64,000 nt of DNA from Selaginella moellendorffii (Eukaryota; Plantae; Lycopodiophyta), in NCBI RefSeq assembly GCF_000143415.4, contig NW_003314428.1:62001-126000 (forward strand), given 5' to 3'. Shown in pieces: positions 27,564-41,203 of the stretch. The notes under the pieces were generated by a model. That model saw nothing but the letters and a program-made list of their open reading frames with translations. It ran no database searches and was not told the origin of the DNA. The position numbers and the translations under genes are program-made. How positions within the stretch are numbered: position 1 is the stretch's first letter; each line of letters begins with the position of its first letter.

Positions 27564-29487
27564 TGTAAGCGACTAATTTTTCCATTCTACTTTAGTCACT
27601 TAACCACACCTCTGACCACTTGGAGGAGTCTCATTCACAACCTCCATAAGTCCAATCCAGGACTTGGGACTTGCTAGCCCCGAGAATGGCATCCATGCCA
27701 CTCAACATTTGCACTTGGTCCAAGTGCACCACGTGTCTGATCCCATGACCGACACTCAAAGGTACCACCGACATAGCAGCCCGTTACGCTAAGGCCATGC
27801 CCAATCACCTTTGCCACACTGGTAGTCCAATACCACTTGCATCACCGTCTTGGCTCTCCAAGACTAGGCAAACCATCCGTGAGTGGTCATCTCAGATCCA
27901 CTCCTTAGCATCCTTAGGATGCCCACCGACAAGGGGAATAGCCTTCCCCAATATCCCTCTGTCAGTCCCCACTAAGTCCCTTTCTGCCCCTGGCCGTGTT
28001 TGCCAACACTGCCACTGGATCGAGACCCACAGGCCCGACCACTAAGTCCCACGGTCCTCTGGGACTTCCTCACCACACGACTGTGTCCTTGGTCACTACC
28101 CCAGAGGACTGCTCCTCTTCCTTTCCACAGTCTGGGCCTTTGGGACAACATTTCGGAACACCGTGGCCTTACGCGAGCCACCTGGGTACTCTCCTCGCCT
28201 TCTGCCCTTGGGTGCTCTAGCCATGGGCTTAGAGCGGGTTCCGTTGAGCCACACCAGGTATCCAAGTAGGTAGTGCCACCCACACTTGGACTGGGAGCAT
28301 CGGCCAGTCGATCTCCCGGGGGAACTAGAGCCGGCTCTTGAACACTTCACCAAGCTACCCCGCTTGTCGGTCTGTGTTCACTCTAGTCTTGGACTTCCCA
28401 GTGGGCAGCTCATCACCCAACACTGGGTCCGGCCTTCCTGGGCCAAACTGGCCTTTCCTGGCCAAACTGGCTCCACTACAGTCCTCCCCCTACTATACTT
28501 TTGGAGCTCACCAAACCCCCCAGGGTCTGGGAGACGAACGCTTTGGGCTTTCACCCTCTCAGGCTCCGGACTCGGACTCGGACTCGGACTCGGACTCGGA
28601 CTCGGATTCGGACTCGGACTCGGGCTCGGGCTCGGTCTCGGCCTCGGCCTCGGTCTCGGTCTCGGTCCCGATCTCGGTCTCGGTCTCGGTCTCGGTCCCG
28701 GTCTCGGTCTCGACTTCGGACTCCATCTCGGACTCCATCTCGGACTCCATCTCGGGTCCATCTCGGGTCCATCTCGGACTCCATCTCGGACTCCATCTCG
28801 GGTCCATCTCGGACTCCATCTCAGACTCCATTTCGGATCCATCTCGGGTCCACCTTGGACTCCATCTCGGACTCCATCTCGGACTCCATCTCGGGTCCAT
28901 CTCGGACTCCACTTCGGACTCCAACTCGGGTCCATCTCGGGTCCACCTCGGACTCCACTTCGGACTCCATCTCGGACTCCATTTCGGATCCATCTCGGGT
29001 CCACCTCGGACTCCATCTCGGACTCCATCTCGGACTCCATCTCGGGTCCATCTCGGACTCCACTTCGGACTCCAACTCGGGTCCATCTCGGGTCCACCTC
29101 GGACTCCACTTCGGACTCCATCTCGGACTCCATCTCGGGTCCGTCTCGGACTCCACTTCGGACTCCAACTCGGGTCCATCTCGGACTCCACTTCGGACTC
29201 CAACTCGGGTCCATCTCGGACTCCACTTCGGACTCCAACTCGGGTCCATCTCGGACACTCCCACGTGTCATGTGTTGGTCCTTTTGGGTCCCTTTTTGGA
29301 GCCTCGCCTTTTGCTCGCTTCGTGCTCGTTCCTCGAGCACTTCGTTGGGAGTTCCACTCCCGCTTTTGACTTTTCAAGTCGGAGCTTTTGGTCCAAACGT
29401 GTTACGCTCGTTTGGCTCTCGCTTCGGCCACTACCATGTGGCGCCCTTCCGGCTCCACTTTGGGGCCTCGGGATTTTGTGTCTCACA
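27564..29487 (-). mobile_element. Young family A solo LTR
   Basis: TGTAAG...CTCACA with perfect TSD AGTGT; near-identical to 4072-5867; inserted antisense in the 5' LTR of the old copy. Confidence 0.95.
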
Positions 29488-31603
29488 AGTGTGGGGGTTA
29501 GATTCTAGTGGAACTAGTTTGGCTAGGCAAGGCCAGTATGACCAAGGAAGGCTATACCCATGTGTTGGGCAATAATATATCCATTGAGGAGTTCAATGCT
29601 AGAGTGAATATGGACAGACAAGTGGGGTAGCTTGGTGAAGTGTTCAAGAGCTAACTTTAGCTCCCTCGGGAGATCGAATGGTTGATGCTCCCAATCCAAG
29701 TATGGGTGGCACTACCTACTTGGATACCTGGCATGGCTTATTAGAACCTCACTCTAGCCACATGGCTAGGGCACCCAAAGGTGGAAGGTGGGGAGAGTAC
29801 CCACGAGGCTCAAATAGGGCCATGGTGTTTTAAAATATTATCCTAGAGTCCCAGACTAAGGAAGGGAAGAGGAGCAGTCCTTTTGTGTGGTGACCAAGGA
29901 TGCGGTCATGTGGCAAGAAAGTCCTAGAGGCCAATGGGGTATAGTGGTTGAGCCTGTGGGCCTTGACCTAGGGGTAGTGTTGGCAAACACAACTGTGGAC
30001 AGAAAGGGATTTGGTGGGGACTGAAAAAAGGATATTGGGGAAGGGTGTTCTTTATAACTATGGGCATTCTAAAGATGCTAAAGAGTGGATTTGGGATGAT
30101 CACTAATGGACAGATAGCCCAATCTTTGAGAGACGGGACTGTGATGTAGGTGGTGTTGGATCATTGATGTGACAAAGGTGAATAGGCATGGCTTCAGTGT
30201 AACAAGCTAATATGTTAGTGGTATCTTTGGGTGTTAGTCATAGGATTGGACATGTGGAGCACTTAGACCAAATGCAAAGGTTGAGTGGCACATATACTAT
30301 TCTCAGGGCTAGCAAGTCCCCAAGTCAAGAATAGGACTTATGAAGGTTGTGAGGGAAACTCCTTTAAGTGGTCAGAGGTGTGGTTAAATGACTAAAGTAA
30401 AATGAAAAATTTAGTCGTTTACAATTTGGTATCAGAGCTATTCCTTAGTCCGACTCTTATTGGTGGTTAAGTACGTCACCACTTGATATTGACATCGGAA
30501 GGTCTCAAAATTGGGCCTATCCTCGAGAAGTAGCATGTTGAAAGAGCATAGGTTTATAAATAAACATGTTGGCAATGTGGTGGATAGAAAGGGGCCAATT
30601 TGGGAACAACTTTGGGATCTTGGGAACAGTAGATGGTTTTCTCTTAGAGAGTTAAGGATGTGATCTATAAAAACGTTTGACTTAGCAAATTAGCTAATGT
30701 GGTTGTAGTAAACATATAGTTGGGATCACAAGAATGATAAAAACTCCTAAACGATAAAGAAGTCATAAAGTTATCCTTGTATGGTTGAGGATGATGCTTA
30801 AGAATTTAAGGCTTGAGTTAGTGACCATAGAAGGTCAAATACGAATGAGGACACAAGTCCTTGAAATAGTAGTCGGGGCTACCTTTAATAATGTTGGAAT
30901 AATGAAGGAGTTGGGGATGTATTTAGAGAATAAGTTGGTATTCTCACCACATGAATAGATAGTCCTAGAAGGCAAAGGCAACCCACATGAAACAAGAAAT
31001 AATTAAGTGTCATAGTAACACTTGCAAAGATGGTCCTTGTGAGTAGGACATGAATAGAAAAAGTTGTATTTCAGTGAACTAGCACCTTAAAATAGCCATG
31101 AGGCTAGGATCTTTATTGGTCGTCAAATTAGCAAAGTCCGAAAAGTTGGATAACTCTAGTGGAGTCAAGAAATGGTCCTAAAGGACTAGTAGAAGCATTT
31201 GGACTGAGGTGTGTTGTACTCTACAAAGATGGGAAGGATCATAAGATCTAAGTATAAGAATAGTGAGTATCTCATTGATGGTAGAATGTGCCATACTAAA
31301 GTCATGGGAAAAGTGTTCCTAGAAGAAAGCAACTTTGGCACAAAGTTGTGTGTGAACACTATGATGTAGTGCTAACTGATAGTTAGCATGAGAAACATTT
31401 ACTTTAGTCTTGGCAAAGACTTAGACAAAAGTCAAGTGTTGTAAAAGTAAGCTTGTAGAGCCAATGATGTGGAGACACCAAATGTGCTAAGGTGTGATGC
31501 CTTGAGGTCAAGTTAGTGGCTTTATGAGAACCCTTTGCCAAAGGAAACCCAATGGAAATGGGAATGGCATAGCCTAAGTTAGAAGGTACATGATTAGAGT
31601 GTT

Positions 31604-32616
31604 TATAAGCCACAAATTTTTCCTTTCCAATTTGCTAGCTTACATCATCTATCCAACCACCATGACTTTGGCCTTCGTTAAGTTCCCTTGCCAAGGTTCC
31701 CACCTATTGTACCAGCTCCTACTTGGTTTTACTTGATTTTAGCAACTCATTGCACGAATAACAAAGCGTTAGCCATCCATCAATGGATTCCCAAATTTAT
31801 CCCAATCCCCCTCCCTGGGTTAGACTTGACTTAAGGTTCAGCTACACTCTTTACAGGCATAAGTAGCCAAACACACTAAGCCTCTAGGTTCTTAACATCC
31901 CTTAGTACAACAAGACTTGATTATGGGACACTCTAAATCCCAAGCCTTGAGTGCAACACTTACTCCAGGACACTAGGGGAAGCACCATGGCATAACAGCC
32001 TGGTATAGGTATTCCTACTCCCCCACTTCCATCCCGAAGGGAAGGCCCAAGCCCCTAGGAAGGGCAAGGACCAATGAGCCGCAAAATACTCAAATGGGGC
32101 ACCACTCCACATAAGCCGAGAGCACCGTAGTCGGTTTCCCTTCAAAAAGTGGGAGCTGCTCTTGAGCACTTTCTTGGGTGGCCCCTCTGGCACCCCCAAG
32201 TCTATGCTCACTCCCACCCAAGGCCCTTATGCCCTAACCTCAACCTCAAGTCAGTTTGGAAGCACCACTGGAGAGTTCCTTCAAGACTAGTTCTTAGACC
32301 TCATTATCCCTACTATACTTTTGGAACCCCCTGCAGCGCCCCCCCCCCCCCCCCTTGGGAGCATATGCTTTGGGATTTCACCCCATAACTTGTATTAGTA
32401 TTTGGACTCGATTTCAAACTTGATCTTGGACTCGATCTTGGACTTGATCTTGAAGTCGGTCTCGAAGTCGGTCTCAGACTTGGTCTTAGAGTCGGTTCCA
32501 GACTTGATCTCGAACTCAATTTTGTACTCGGTCTTATCCAATGAACTTTTTATCATTTCGGTTGTGCTTTCGAGGATACTTTAGCTTACAATACTTCAGG
32601 GAGTTGGTTCCTTACA
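31604..32616 (-). mobile_element. Solo LTR, family C
   Basis: T(A/G)TAAG...CTTACA termini interrupting the family A internal sequence; degenerate TSD GTGTT/ATGTG; carries the shared LTR core motif at 32308-32384. Confidence 0.7.
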
Positions 32617-33833
32617 ATGTGGTGACTCAAATAATGGAGGTGTGGAAGCACTAGCAATGAGTTGTAGGACTTGATAACTATGAGAAAACTAAGCAAAATA
32701 TGAAATGTAATTGATTGGATTGGTAAAAGTTAACTACTCAGACTTCTTATTGAGATAAGAATGTTAGGTATATCCTCAAGGGGATAAATTGTAATATAGT
32801 AAGTCAATATCATAAAGGAAAATGCTTATTGTCAAAGAATGCCATCAGTGGGACATCTAAACACTCTAAAATATTAGAAAGTGGTGTTTGATATCATGAT
32901 AGCATTAAATAAGGCCCAAAGGACTAAATCCCTAATGAATAATAAATAGAAGGTGTTATCCAATGTCCAAGGTTGCAGAGATGGGAGAATTTTATCTATC
33001 TGAATTGGACAAAGCCAAAAAGGATTTTGGCAAGGCTAGTGACGGGCATATGAAGACCCAAAAGTAGCTACATTAATCTTAGTGTGTCAGATTACAAGGT
33101 GAGTATATCCAGGTTGACGAACCACTCTCTATACTATCGGGTAGGTTCGCTCTAAAAATACTTGTTAAGGCATGGTAGAAAGTGTAAAGTTATCCTCCTA
33201 GTCTGGAGGAGAATAACTAAAAGAAACGTGTGGGGTCAAAAACAAATAAAGGGATAAAAATTAAACCATAGAAAGCAAAGGGCATAGCCAAGAGTGGTTA
33301 AACAAGTTGGGAGTGGAGAATCAAATGGTTATTTGAAAGTGTTATTACTAGCAATTGTGAGCCCATGGAGAGTCTAAAGTATGGAATTGTCCATATTAGA
33401 CTATATGGCAATTAAAAAGCTTGCAAAAGAAGAGGCCTTAACAAACTAAGGGATAGAGTCCCTTCAAGGTTCCCAAAGACAATTCTAGGTAAGTTAGTAC
33501 TTAGAAAGACAAGTGTAAATAGTTCATAGAACGTGCGAAATTAGAGTGGTGCAGCAGAAGTGTAGTTTTGAAGTTTGTCATGAGGCGAGGCTATCAAGAT
33601 TGGGAAAGTAGTTCCTGAGTGTTCAAAGATATGGCTTTGAACAAAAATTGATGGTTAATGACTTTCACACTTATGTAGGAAACCATGTGACATTTGTCGG
33701 GTGACTTGCTAAGTGAGATTAGTAAGTCAGGGGAACAAAGACCCTAGTTGAAGGTGTTGACTTCAAAAGAGGGGCCTATATGGCCAAGCATGGAGTAGTT
33801 CATGTATGATCATAGATTTGTCAAATGAGAGGA

Positions 33834-33857
33834 ATGCTCTATTTCGTTAAAGTGGGA
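33834..33857 (+). repeat. Left terminal inverted repeat
   Basis: ATGCTCTATTTCGTTAAAGTGGGA; 23/24 match to the reverse complement of 47217-47240. Confidence 0.95.
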
Positions 33858-34493
33858 TTTATTCAGTAAAATGGGACTAGGTACAAATTTTCAAGTATTT
33901 GAAAATGACGTGAAATTATATGTTTTTTGTCCAGGGGCTAGATATATCTGGGGCATGGTGACTAGCGCGGTGACTTTATGTCCAGACTGAGTCCATCTGG
34001 TTGTATAATAAATCTCATTGTCAAGGTGAACAAACCGAATCTGAAGCTAAAGAAGAGCGATGGCATGCGCGCACACACTATTTATTTGTTCATTGAGCGT
34101 GTGGTGAGCTTTCCAAGATGAATGTCATTCCTATTAGCCAGACATATAACTTAATAGTGAGAACATTTAGATATTATTCAATGTTATCTTTTTCTAACGA
34201 ATCTAATTGTGAAGGTGTAGCAAGAGGCATTGCTAGTCTGGAGAAGTCATTTAACTCATTTGACCCTTAGTGTATTTTCATGAAACTAAATAACATTCAT
34301 ATTATTAAGGAATTTCTCTAGTACCTTTTTTTTACGACATAGAGGCTTGCATTTTTTTCAAAGGTGATTTAGTAAAAGGCCTGAGGGCACATGCCATTCT
34401 ATTTCTCAGACCGGTATTAAGATATACTAGTGCAAAGGGAAAAAGGTATTTGGTGATCAAGTAAATGGCATGAGGGCACACGCCATTATAAGC

Positions 34494-34751
34494 CTAAGCG
34501 CTAGTGGACACCTCCTTTTTGGTACTCTCAGCGGTACTATCATCCTTCTCTGGGTCAGTTGTTTTGCTTTGGATTGTTGTCTCTGACGTTACTGGGGTGT
34601 TCTCGATAGTTGTTAATGTTGCCGTTTGTTCAGAAAAATGATCACTTGGAGTATAGTACGGGGAGTTTGGAAGACTTATATATTCTACATCTTCACCTAT
34701 CTCCTTCTCCGTCTCCTTTTCTGCCTCACTTACAGATTTTGTGCTTGCCAT
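34494..34751 (-). CDS. Small acidic/Ser-Thr-rich ORF (85 aa) inside the transposon, unknown function
   Basis: ATG at 34751, MASTKSVSEAEKETEK...EVSTSA*; flanked by palindrome copies. Confidence 0.35.
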   Translation of the reverse strand: MASTKSVSEAEKETEKEIGEDVEYISLPNSPYYTPSDHFSEQTATLTTIENTPVTSETTIQSKTTDPEKDDSTAESTKKEVSTSA

Positions 34752-34958
34752 GAGAGCGCTCTTCACCCTAAAATATGGAGTTTGTTGTGTTATAAAAGGA
34801 AACCAACACACACGCTGCAAGGGAATGATGGTACATAAAGCACGTAAGCCCACAATATGGGTTTATGTGCCATTAATATGGGCCACACGCCATATTATTA
34901 GATTTATGCACATGTGATTGGTAAATGCATATGTCACATCATCTCAGGCCACATGCCA

Positions 34959-37900
34959 TCACGCCTCCTCTGATTCAGATTCGGATTGTTCACCTTGAAA
35001 TAAAATACATTAGAAACTTAGTAAAGGAATATTCATGAATCTCACCTTGAACCCAGGTTATGAATGCTCTTGCTGCATCTCTTGCATGGTCTGGCAAGGT
35101 GATGGTGGCACTCTGCTTCCACATCCAACCATGCACAACATTATCCACCGATATGCTCATGCTGGGATCCCTTGGATTCAGCACCCATCTCTTTTCTAGG
35201 CAATCCTTCGTATATCCGGAACTTGGCTTGAACCACTCCACAGTTACATTGAAGGAGTTAGTTTCCGCGTCCTCCTCTGCATCAGTGATGCAGTGTCCCA
35301 CCCATATCATTTGTTTTTTATTACTGGGTCTGACAAGCACGACCATTCCTTTGCAGACCTGTACTGGATTGAATGCTGAATCTGGCTTCTTGTTCCTCGG
35401 CCCACAATAGTGATCCTCAACATCGTTATCTGTCACTGCATTTCTAGAGGACATTGTTCCGCTACTATCTGGTGCTCTAGGTTCTGGCCAAAAGGACTCT
35501 TCCAATTCTTCATATACAACCGGCCCATTTTGGATAGCAGATATAATCTTCTCCCAGTATTCGAGCAAAGGCTTGCACCTCTGAAAATAGGATTCTCCAC
35601 CAAACACCAACCCCCTCTTCCAGAAGGCAATATGCTATCTAATCCCGGCCACTATACTTTCCTGGTCTTTGAGTCCATCCGAGTGCATCGGCCATGGGGA
35701 ACACTGAGGAATCATAGGTTCCCCAATTATGGGATCTCTCTTGAAGAGTTCAATGCCGTCCACTGGCAGCCACACTGTGTCCCATTCTCTCATCTTGTAC
35801 CTCATCACTGGAGCACCGTCACACATGCTGAAATGAAACTGAAGAGGCTTGGAGTGGCCAATCAGCGTTTCGGATCCGTCCCTGATGTAGCCTCTTACAA
35901 ACCCCTTAAAGTCTGGAATCTCTGTCAGAAGTGCAGCTTCAACAGTGCCTTTGATGCAATTTTGGAATTCATCGTAGAGTTGTGGGAGGGTGAGGACATT
36001 GGATCGCCGAAGGGACTCTGCCAGGTGACTAAACATGGCATCGACGTCTTCATGAGTGTGCCCAACCATGAGAAAGCCAAGTGTAACCGTTTCAAATATG
36101 CCTTTGGCAACAAGCATCGCCAAGTACGCGAAGACGTACGTTTTTGTTCTCACTGCCAGCATTGTCTGTTTGGAGCAGAAGATGGGGTGGAAGGCCACAT
36201 CGGCCGCAAGAACTTCCTTGAGATTCTGCTTCGTTTGGATGAGGCTGTGCATTCACCGGGCGACTAGCCTCGTCGGAATGGCATGAGGCCTCACGTGATA
36301 ACCCTACAATCTGACGGCCAACATATTCACTGGGATGGCATGGGGCCCCACGCGATATTGCAAGCCTTTGCTCCTCCTCCAGCTGAACCCTGTATGGGGT
36401 TCGATCGACAAGGGCCTTATGCAAGGGTTGGCCGTTCAGCTCAGTCTGCGCACTTTGTAGAGACCTTAAGTGTTTTGCTAGGGACGCAATCATCATGTTT
36501 GCACCCCCGCCACCCCATAGAGGTACAAAGAAGTTCCCATAGTTCTGGGCACCATGCCCATGAGCGATTATGCCAAACAGAGACACAGGTAGCTGCATGG
36601 ATGAAGAGATTGCCTTGGGGGCAGGATTGAGTCGAGGTAAGCACGTCTTTTTCTGGTCCATTTTGTCGTGGATGATGCAGAGGTAAGAGTCAGGTCTCTC
36701 CATGGAGAGAATCCTGTTATGATAATATGCAGTCCTGCAGCTTCTCTGCTCGATGTTGTGGTCGAGCCGCCTTCTAACCAACGTCTCTCGCTCTTGAGCG
36801 ATGCAAGAATTCTTCGACAAAGCCATTTTGATAGCAGTGCACTCGTCACACTTTGAAAAGCTGGAGTACTTTCCTATACTCACATCCCTGAACCTGTTGC
36901 TCCACAATCTACTAAATCTAGATTGGCTCAGCTTCCTGTAGCCATTACTCTGGAGTTCCTGATTCACATCTTCCAATATGGCCCCCTTGGTATACATGGA
37001 AGGGAGAACTCGTTGGGTGTCTCGTGTTCCATCTTCCAAAAGGCGGGTTTTATGTGGTTGCTGCTCGCTACATGTCTCGACAAACCTCTTGAAGATTGCC
37101 TCTCCATATACAACATGACCCCTGGTTTTGTGCATACCGTCGTTCCCATGGACTGCCTGTTGAACCCTTTGTTCCTCGAACTCAGTTTTGATTCTGTAGA
37201 ATGTGGTTCGAGGGACTCCATAAATGATTCTCCATGCCTTCATGCAGACCAAACCCCTCTGGAAGACCATGCCCCCCACCTGATGTTCTGAAGCATCAAC
37301 AGATGACCGTAATGCCTCATACACAAAATTGCGAGCTGCCTTCCAGGACAATGTCTTGTATCTTGCTCTCTCCTCTTCAATAGCATCCCAATCAGCATGT
37401 TGACAGCACCTCCTCTTGCAACAAGCAACTGTTGAGACCATTCGAACTTCCATCGCCATTTTCTGCCTTTTCGGTTCGTTGCTCAGATCCCTTTGGCTGC
37501 GCTTTAGGAAGGTGTACTTTCTTTTCCCATAAAGAGATGTTCTATCATCAGTTGTAATGGTGTTTGATTGTGAATCCTTCACATTCTCAAACACTAAGTG
37601 CCTCAATTTCCACCGCACAATGCTTCCAATAGTCAGACTGTTTTCTTCTGTGTCAACAACCTCTAAAATCACAACTCCAATATCATCCCAGCCCAATTCT
37701 TGATTAGCAACCGCATCTCTTGGATCGACAACTGTGGCTAAGCCCTCAGCTACCACCTCCCCCTCGGGGTTGTTTAGAAACACCTTCGCCTGAATCCATG
37801 TAGCACGGTTCTTAAGATCCACGGAGGGAACATGCGTCGCACTTGCGCTGTCCCCAACATCTGCTTTCTTCTGAAGATTTTTCAAGGCAACAACAACATT

Positions 37901-38098
37901 TACCCCGACGACCATCTCTCCTCGTTCAATAGCGACCACATTCCCAGCGAAGACAGTCTCTACTGATACAGCAGCATTGCCTTCCCCAAGCCTTTGACAG
38001 TGTATAACAAAGTTCCGATCCATAGACACAAGGGTCCCTTTTGCAACTCTCTTCCCACCATTTAAAATGTAAACCTTTTCCCCAACCCTGAAGGCCAT
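34959..38098 (-). pseudogene. Sola-type DDD/E transposase (~1000 aa reconstructed), disrupted
   Basis: Motifs FSKCDEC, IIHDKMDQKKTCLP, LQTDNAGSENKN and FLMVGHTHEDVDAMFS. Joins ORFs 36092-38098, 35635-36252 and 34990-35610 through a frameshift at ~36140 and an in-frame TAG at 35635-35637. Probable 52-nt last intron 35045-34994; splice acceptor just before the ATG. Confidence 0.85.
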
Positions 38099-38286
38099 TC
38101 TGAAAGTGCAGAAAAGAAGTTAAGACCATATAAAAAATGATTGGAGAATGGCCTAAATCATAACATACCAAACAACCTCAATAGCATGAGGCCACATGCC
38201 ATTATTCAAACATGCTATTGACACCCACGTGAAATTTCGCATTCACAAAATTGGCATGAGCCCTCATGCCATTAGTGGTACCACTA

Positions 38287-38478
38287 ATGGCATGAGGCCT
38301 CACGCTATCTTTGGCCACTGCTAGCCTGTTGCTATATTCCTTTTGCCTTGTTGCAACTGTATATATTTTTGTGTGCGTGACTAGTCACCCATGCAAAAAT
38401 ATATACAATTGCAGCAAGGCAAAAGGAATATGGCAATAGGCTAGCAGGGGCCAAAGATGGCATGAGGCCTCATGCCAT
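38287..38478. repeat. 192-bp loop-less inverted repeat (hairpin)
   Basis: Two 96-bp arms about 90% complementary, centred on GTGACT|AGTCAC (38382/38383), each capped by the 22-bp palindrome. Confidence 0.92.
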
Positions 38479-41203
38479 CTTGATATACACATAGCTGCAG
38501 GCAAGTAAAAATATACATGACAATATGCTAGCCATGAAATTGCAAGGGCCCAAGATGGCATGTGGCCTCATGCCATTTCTAAATGTGGTCCTAAGCCATT
38601 CCATGGTGAACATACCAGGAAGCACAAGTGCCGAATATCAAGAGGAAGCGGTAGCCACACCAAAGACAGTGCCGCTCGCAACACCGCAACTGCTCGTAGC
38701 GCCGCTCGCACAAACTGCCACTCGCATAAACTGCCGCTCGCAATGGCGCTCGCAATGCCGCAACCGCTCGTAGACGCATAAACCACAGCCCACAACGCCG
38801 CTTACACAAGCAGCGCTCACTGCGCTCAGCGGAACCAAGAACACGGCGCACAAAAATGATAGACCTAGGAATGAGTTCGAGAATTCAAAAATAACACACG
38901 CTTGAACGTCACATCAAATCCTCTGACAAACCAGATTTTATGATTCCTCTGACAAATTTCAAACTGAGTAGCTTCTAGACTTTGCTGTCGGAGGTTGAAC
39001 TTTGTCACATCATGTCCTTGCCTCAATCCAACTGTGCCATGTCAGTGATTCGAACTTTGCCATGCCATGTCAGCGATCCGCGCCAAGATTATTCGCCGTG
39101 TAAAGGAATAATTATGCTGTGTGTGTACGTCCATTTATGGCAATATAAGGCCACACGCCATTCAAAGAATAATGCTAATCGAGCATTTTTTGGTGCATTT
39201 TTGGGTTAAAAATTGCATGAGCCCACACGCTATAAAGTTTACCTGTACCAAAAATAGAAACAGCTTTATTTACTTGGGAATTTAAGTGGTTGAGGCATTT
39301 TTAAACTTACAAACACATGCCCTACTTACATTCCTTTGGTTGCTTAAAATTCAAAAATATTATAAACCTTTCTTTTTGCATTTTCAATGTTTTCAATTAT
39401 GGTTTTTGATTTTCGCAGGACCAGCCTAGTAATCTATTTGCATCCCGTCATGTTTATAACTAGCTTTCGTTTGTCCCCTTCGCTAGCCTGAGATACATCT
39501 GCTCGGCATCTGCCTCTTACAGCATTTGCCCAGAAAGGGCATCTTTCTTCACGCAGCATTTGCCACATGTTTAGGGTTTAGGGTTTAGAGTTTAGCAATT
39601 CAGTAGCTTGATAAACATGCAAATACAGAACTTGATGCAAAATCCTTTGATATGTCACAATGCCCCTAGGACCATAAACACATTTCAATAGAGAGGGTCC
39701 TTTCATTTCATAACTCCTTACGTAGATCTTGGTGAAACCAGAGTTAGTGAAGTTAGTTTCTTGTGATCCCGCATCTGATTGTGATGTCCCTTTGCAGTGT
39801 CGATGGAAAGGTCAATGCACACCAAACTGTAAAATCTTGGAGCAAAATAATGGTCGGATCTATGGCAAATGCCCCTGAAACATTGTAAGGCTCGTGTGGT
39901 CTCATGTGGTGTCCGATTGAGATGCTTCTTTGCAGGGTCATCAAGAAAGACATTGTATACCATTCTGTAAAATCTAGTTGCGATCTAACGGTTGGATCTC
40001 CAGAAAACTCAAAAACATCTCGCGCGTGTCAGAATATCCTAGAAATATACTCCTATGTGCCCCTGAAAATGGCATGCGGCCCCACGCCATTCAAGAGATA
40101 ACGCCAGATGACGTCGAGAATTTTTTGGTGCATTTTTTGGGTTCAAAATTGCATGAGCCCACACGCTATAAAGTTTATCTTTGCCAAATAGAGAAAAGTT
40201 TATCTGTGTCATGTGAGGTAGTTACAGTCCTTTGTGCTCGGCATCTGCCTCTTGCAGCATTTGCACTGAAAGGGAATTTTTCTCCATTCAGCATTTGGCC
40301 CTGAAAATGGCATGCGCCCACACGCCATTCAAGGAATAACGCCACAGGACGCCTGGATTTTTGGGTTTAAAATGTTTAGGGTTTTTTGGGTTTTTTCAAA
40401 ATATTTTGGGTCCAACGTTTTTTGGGTTTCTTTGGTTCAAAATTGCATGAGCCCACACGCTATAATATTGATTTGAGAGAAAAATAGAAACAGATAGAAT
40501 TTCTTTATTTAGCTGAACATCTGCCATTTTTGGAAATACAAGATGCTTTGGAATATCCAATCATGCATGGTATAAATATAGCGAGGGTATTAAATGATAT
40601 CCCAATCATGATCTTTCTTTTGGATTTCGCGTGCATGCAGTTCGAGGAATGATGACGTTGCGGATTTCTTTTGGATTTTGCGTGCTTGCATGCGCGCGGC
40701 AATCCAGAAATTAATGGTGGCGCCCAAGTCCGAGGAATGATGATGTGGTGGGATTACCAACCGTTGTGACATTTCGCGCGTGTGAGGTTAGGTTTTGCAT
40801 TTTGCTTCGTACTCGTGCTCGCACACTCGCGCTCGTGCTCGCATCACACTCACGCTCGCATCGCGCTCTCACTCGCGATCACGCTCACATTCGCGCTCAT
40901 CTACCTTCTCTACAGGTTTCTCATGTGCATCGGCGTCCACTCGCGCTTGCATCACACTCGTGCTCGCATCGCGCTCGTGTGCATCGGCGTCCACTTCAAG
41001 ACACACCCAGTTTGTAACTTTGCCGCCAACTCCGCCGCCCACTCCGCCACCCACACGCAGCCCACTTGGCGTCTCGGGAGATTTCAGCGCCACTCTCCAA
41101 CTGTAAGTGGCAGAGTAGCCTTGCTGCTACGATCCGCTGCACACACAGTGCACATTCGCCAGCGAGTCCGGCCTCGATTGTCACGGCCTCCATTCGGCTT
41201 CAA

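Noticed and set aside
36130-36150. Programmed -1 frameshift at AACAAAAAC in the transposase
   Set aside because: Reaching the YVFAYL frame needs +1/-2, not -1, and the heptamer is not canonical; a small deletion or sequencing error is simpler.
35410-36267. 285-aa + strand ORF (and 42564-43118 on the minus strand)
   Set aside because: Antisense shadows of the real transposon genes, with no motifs.
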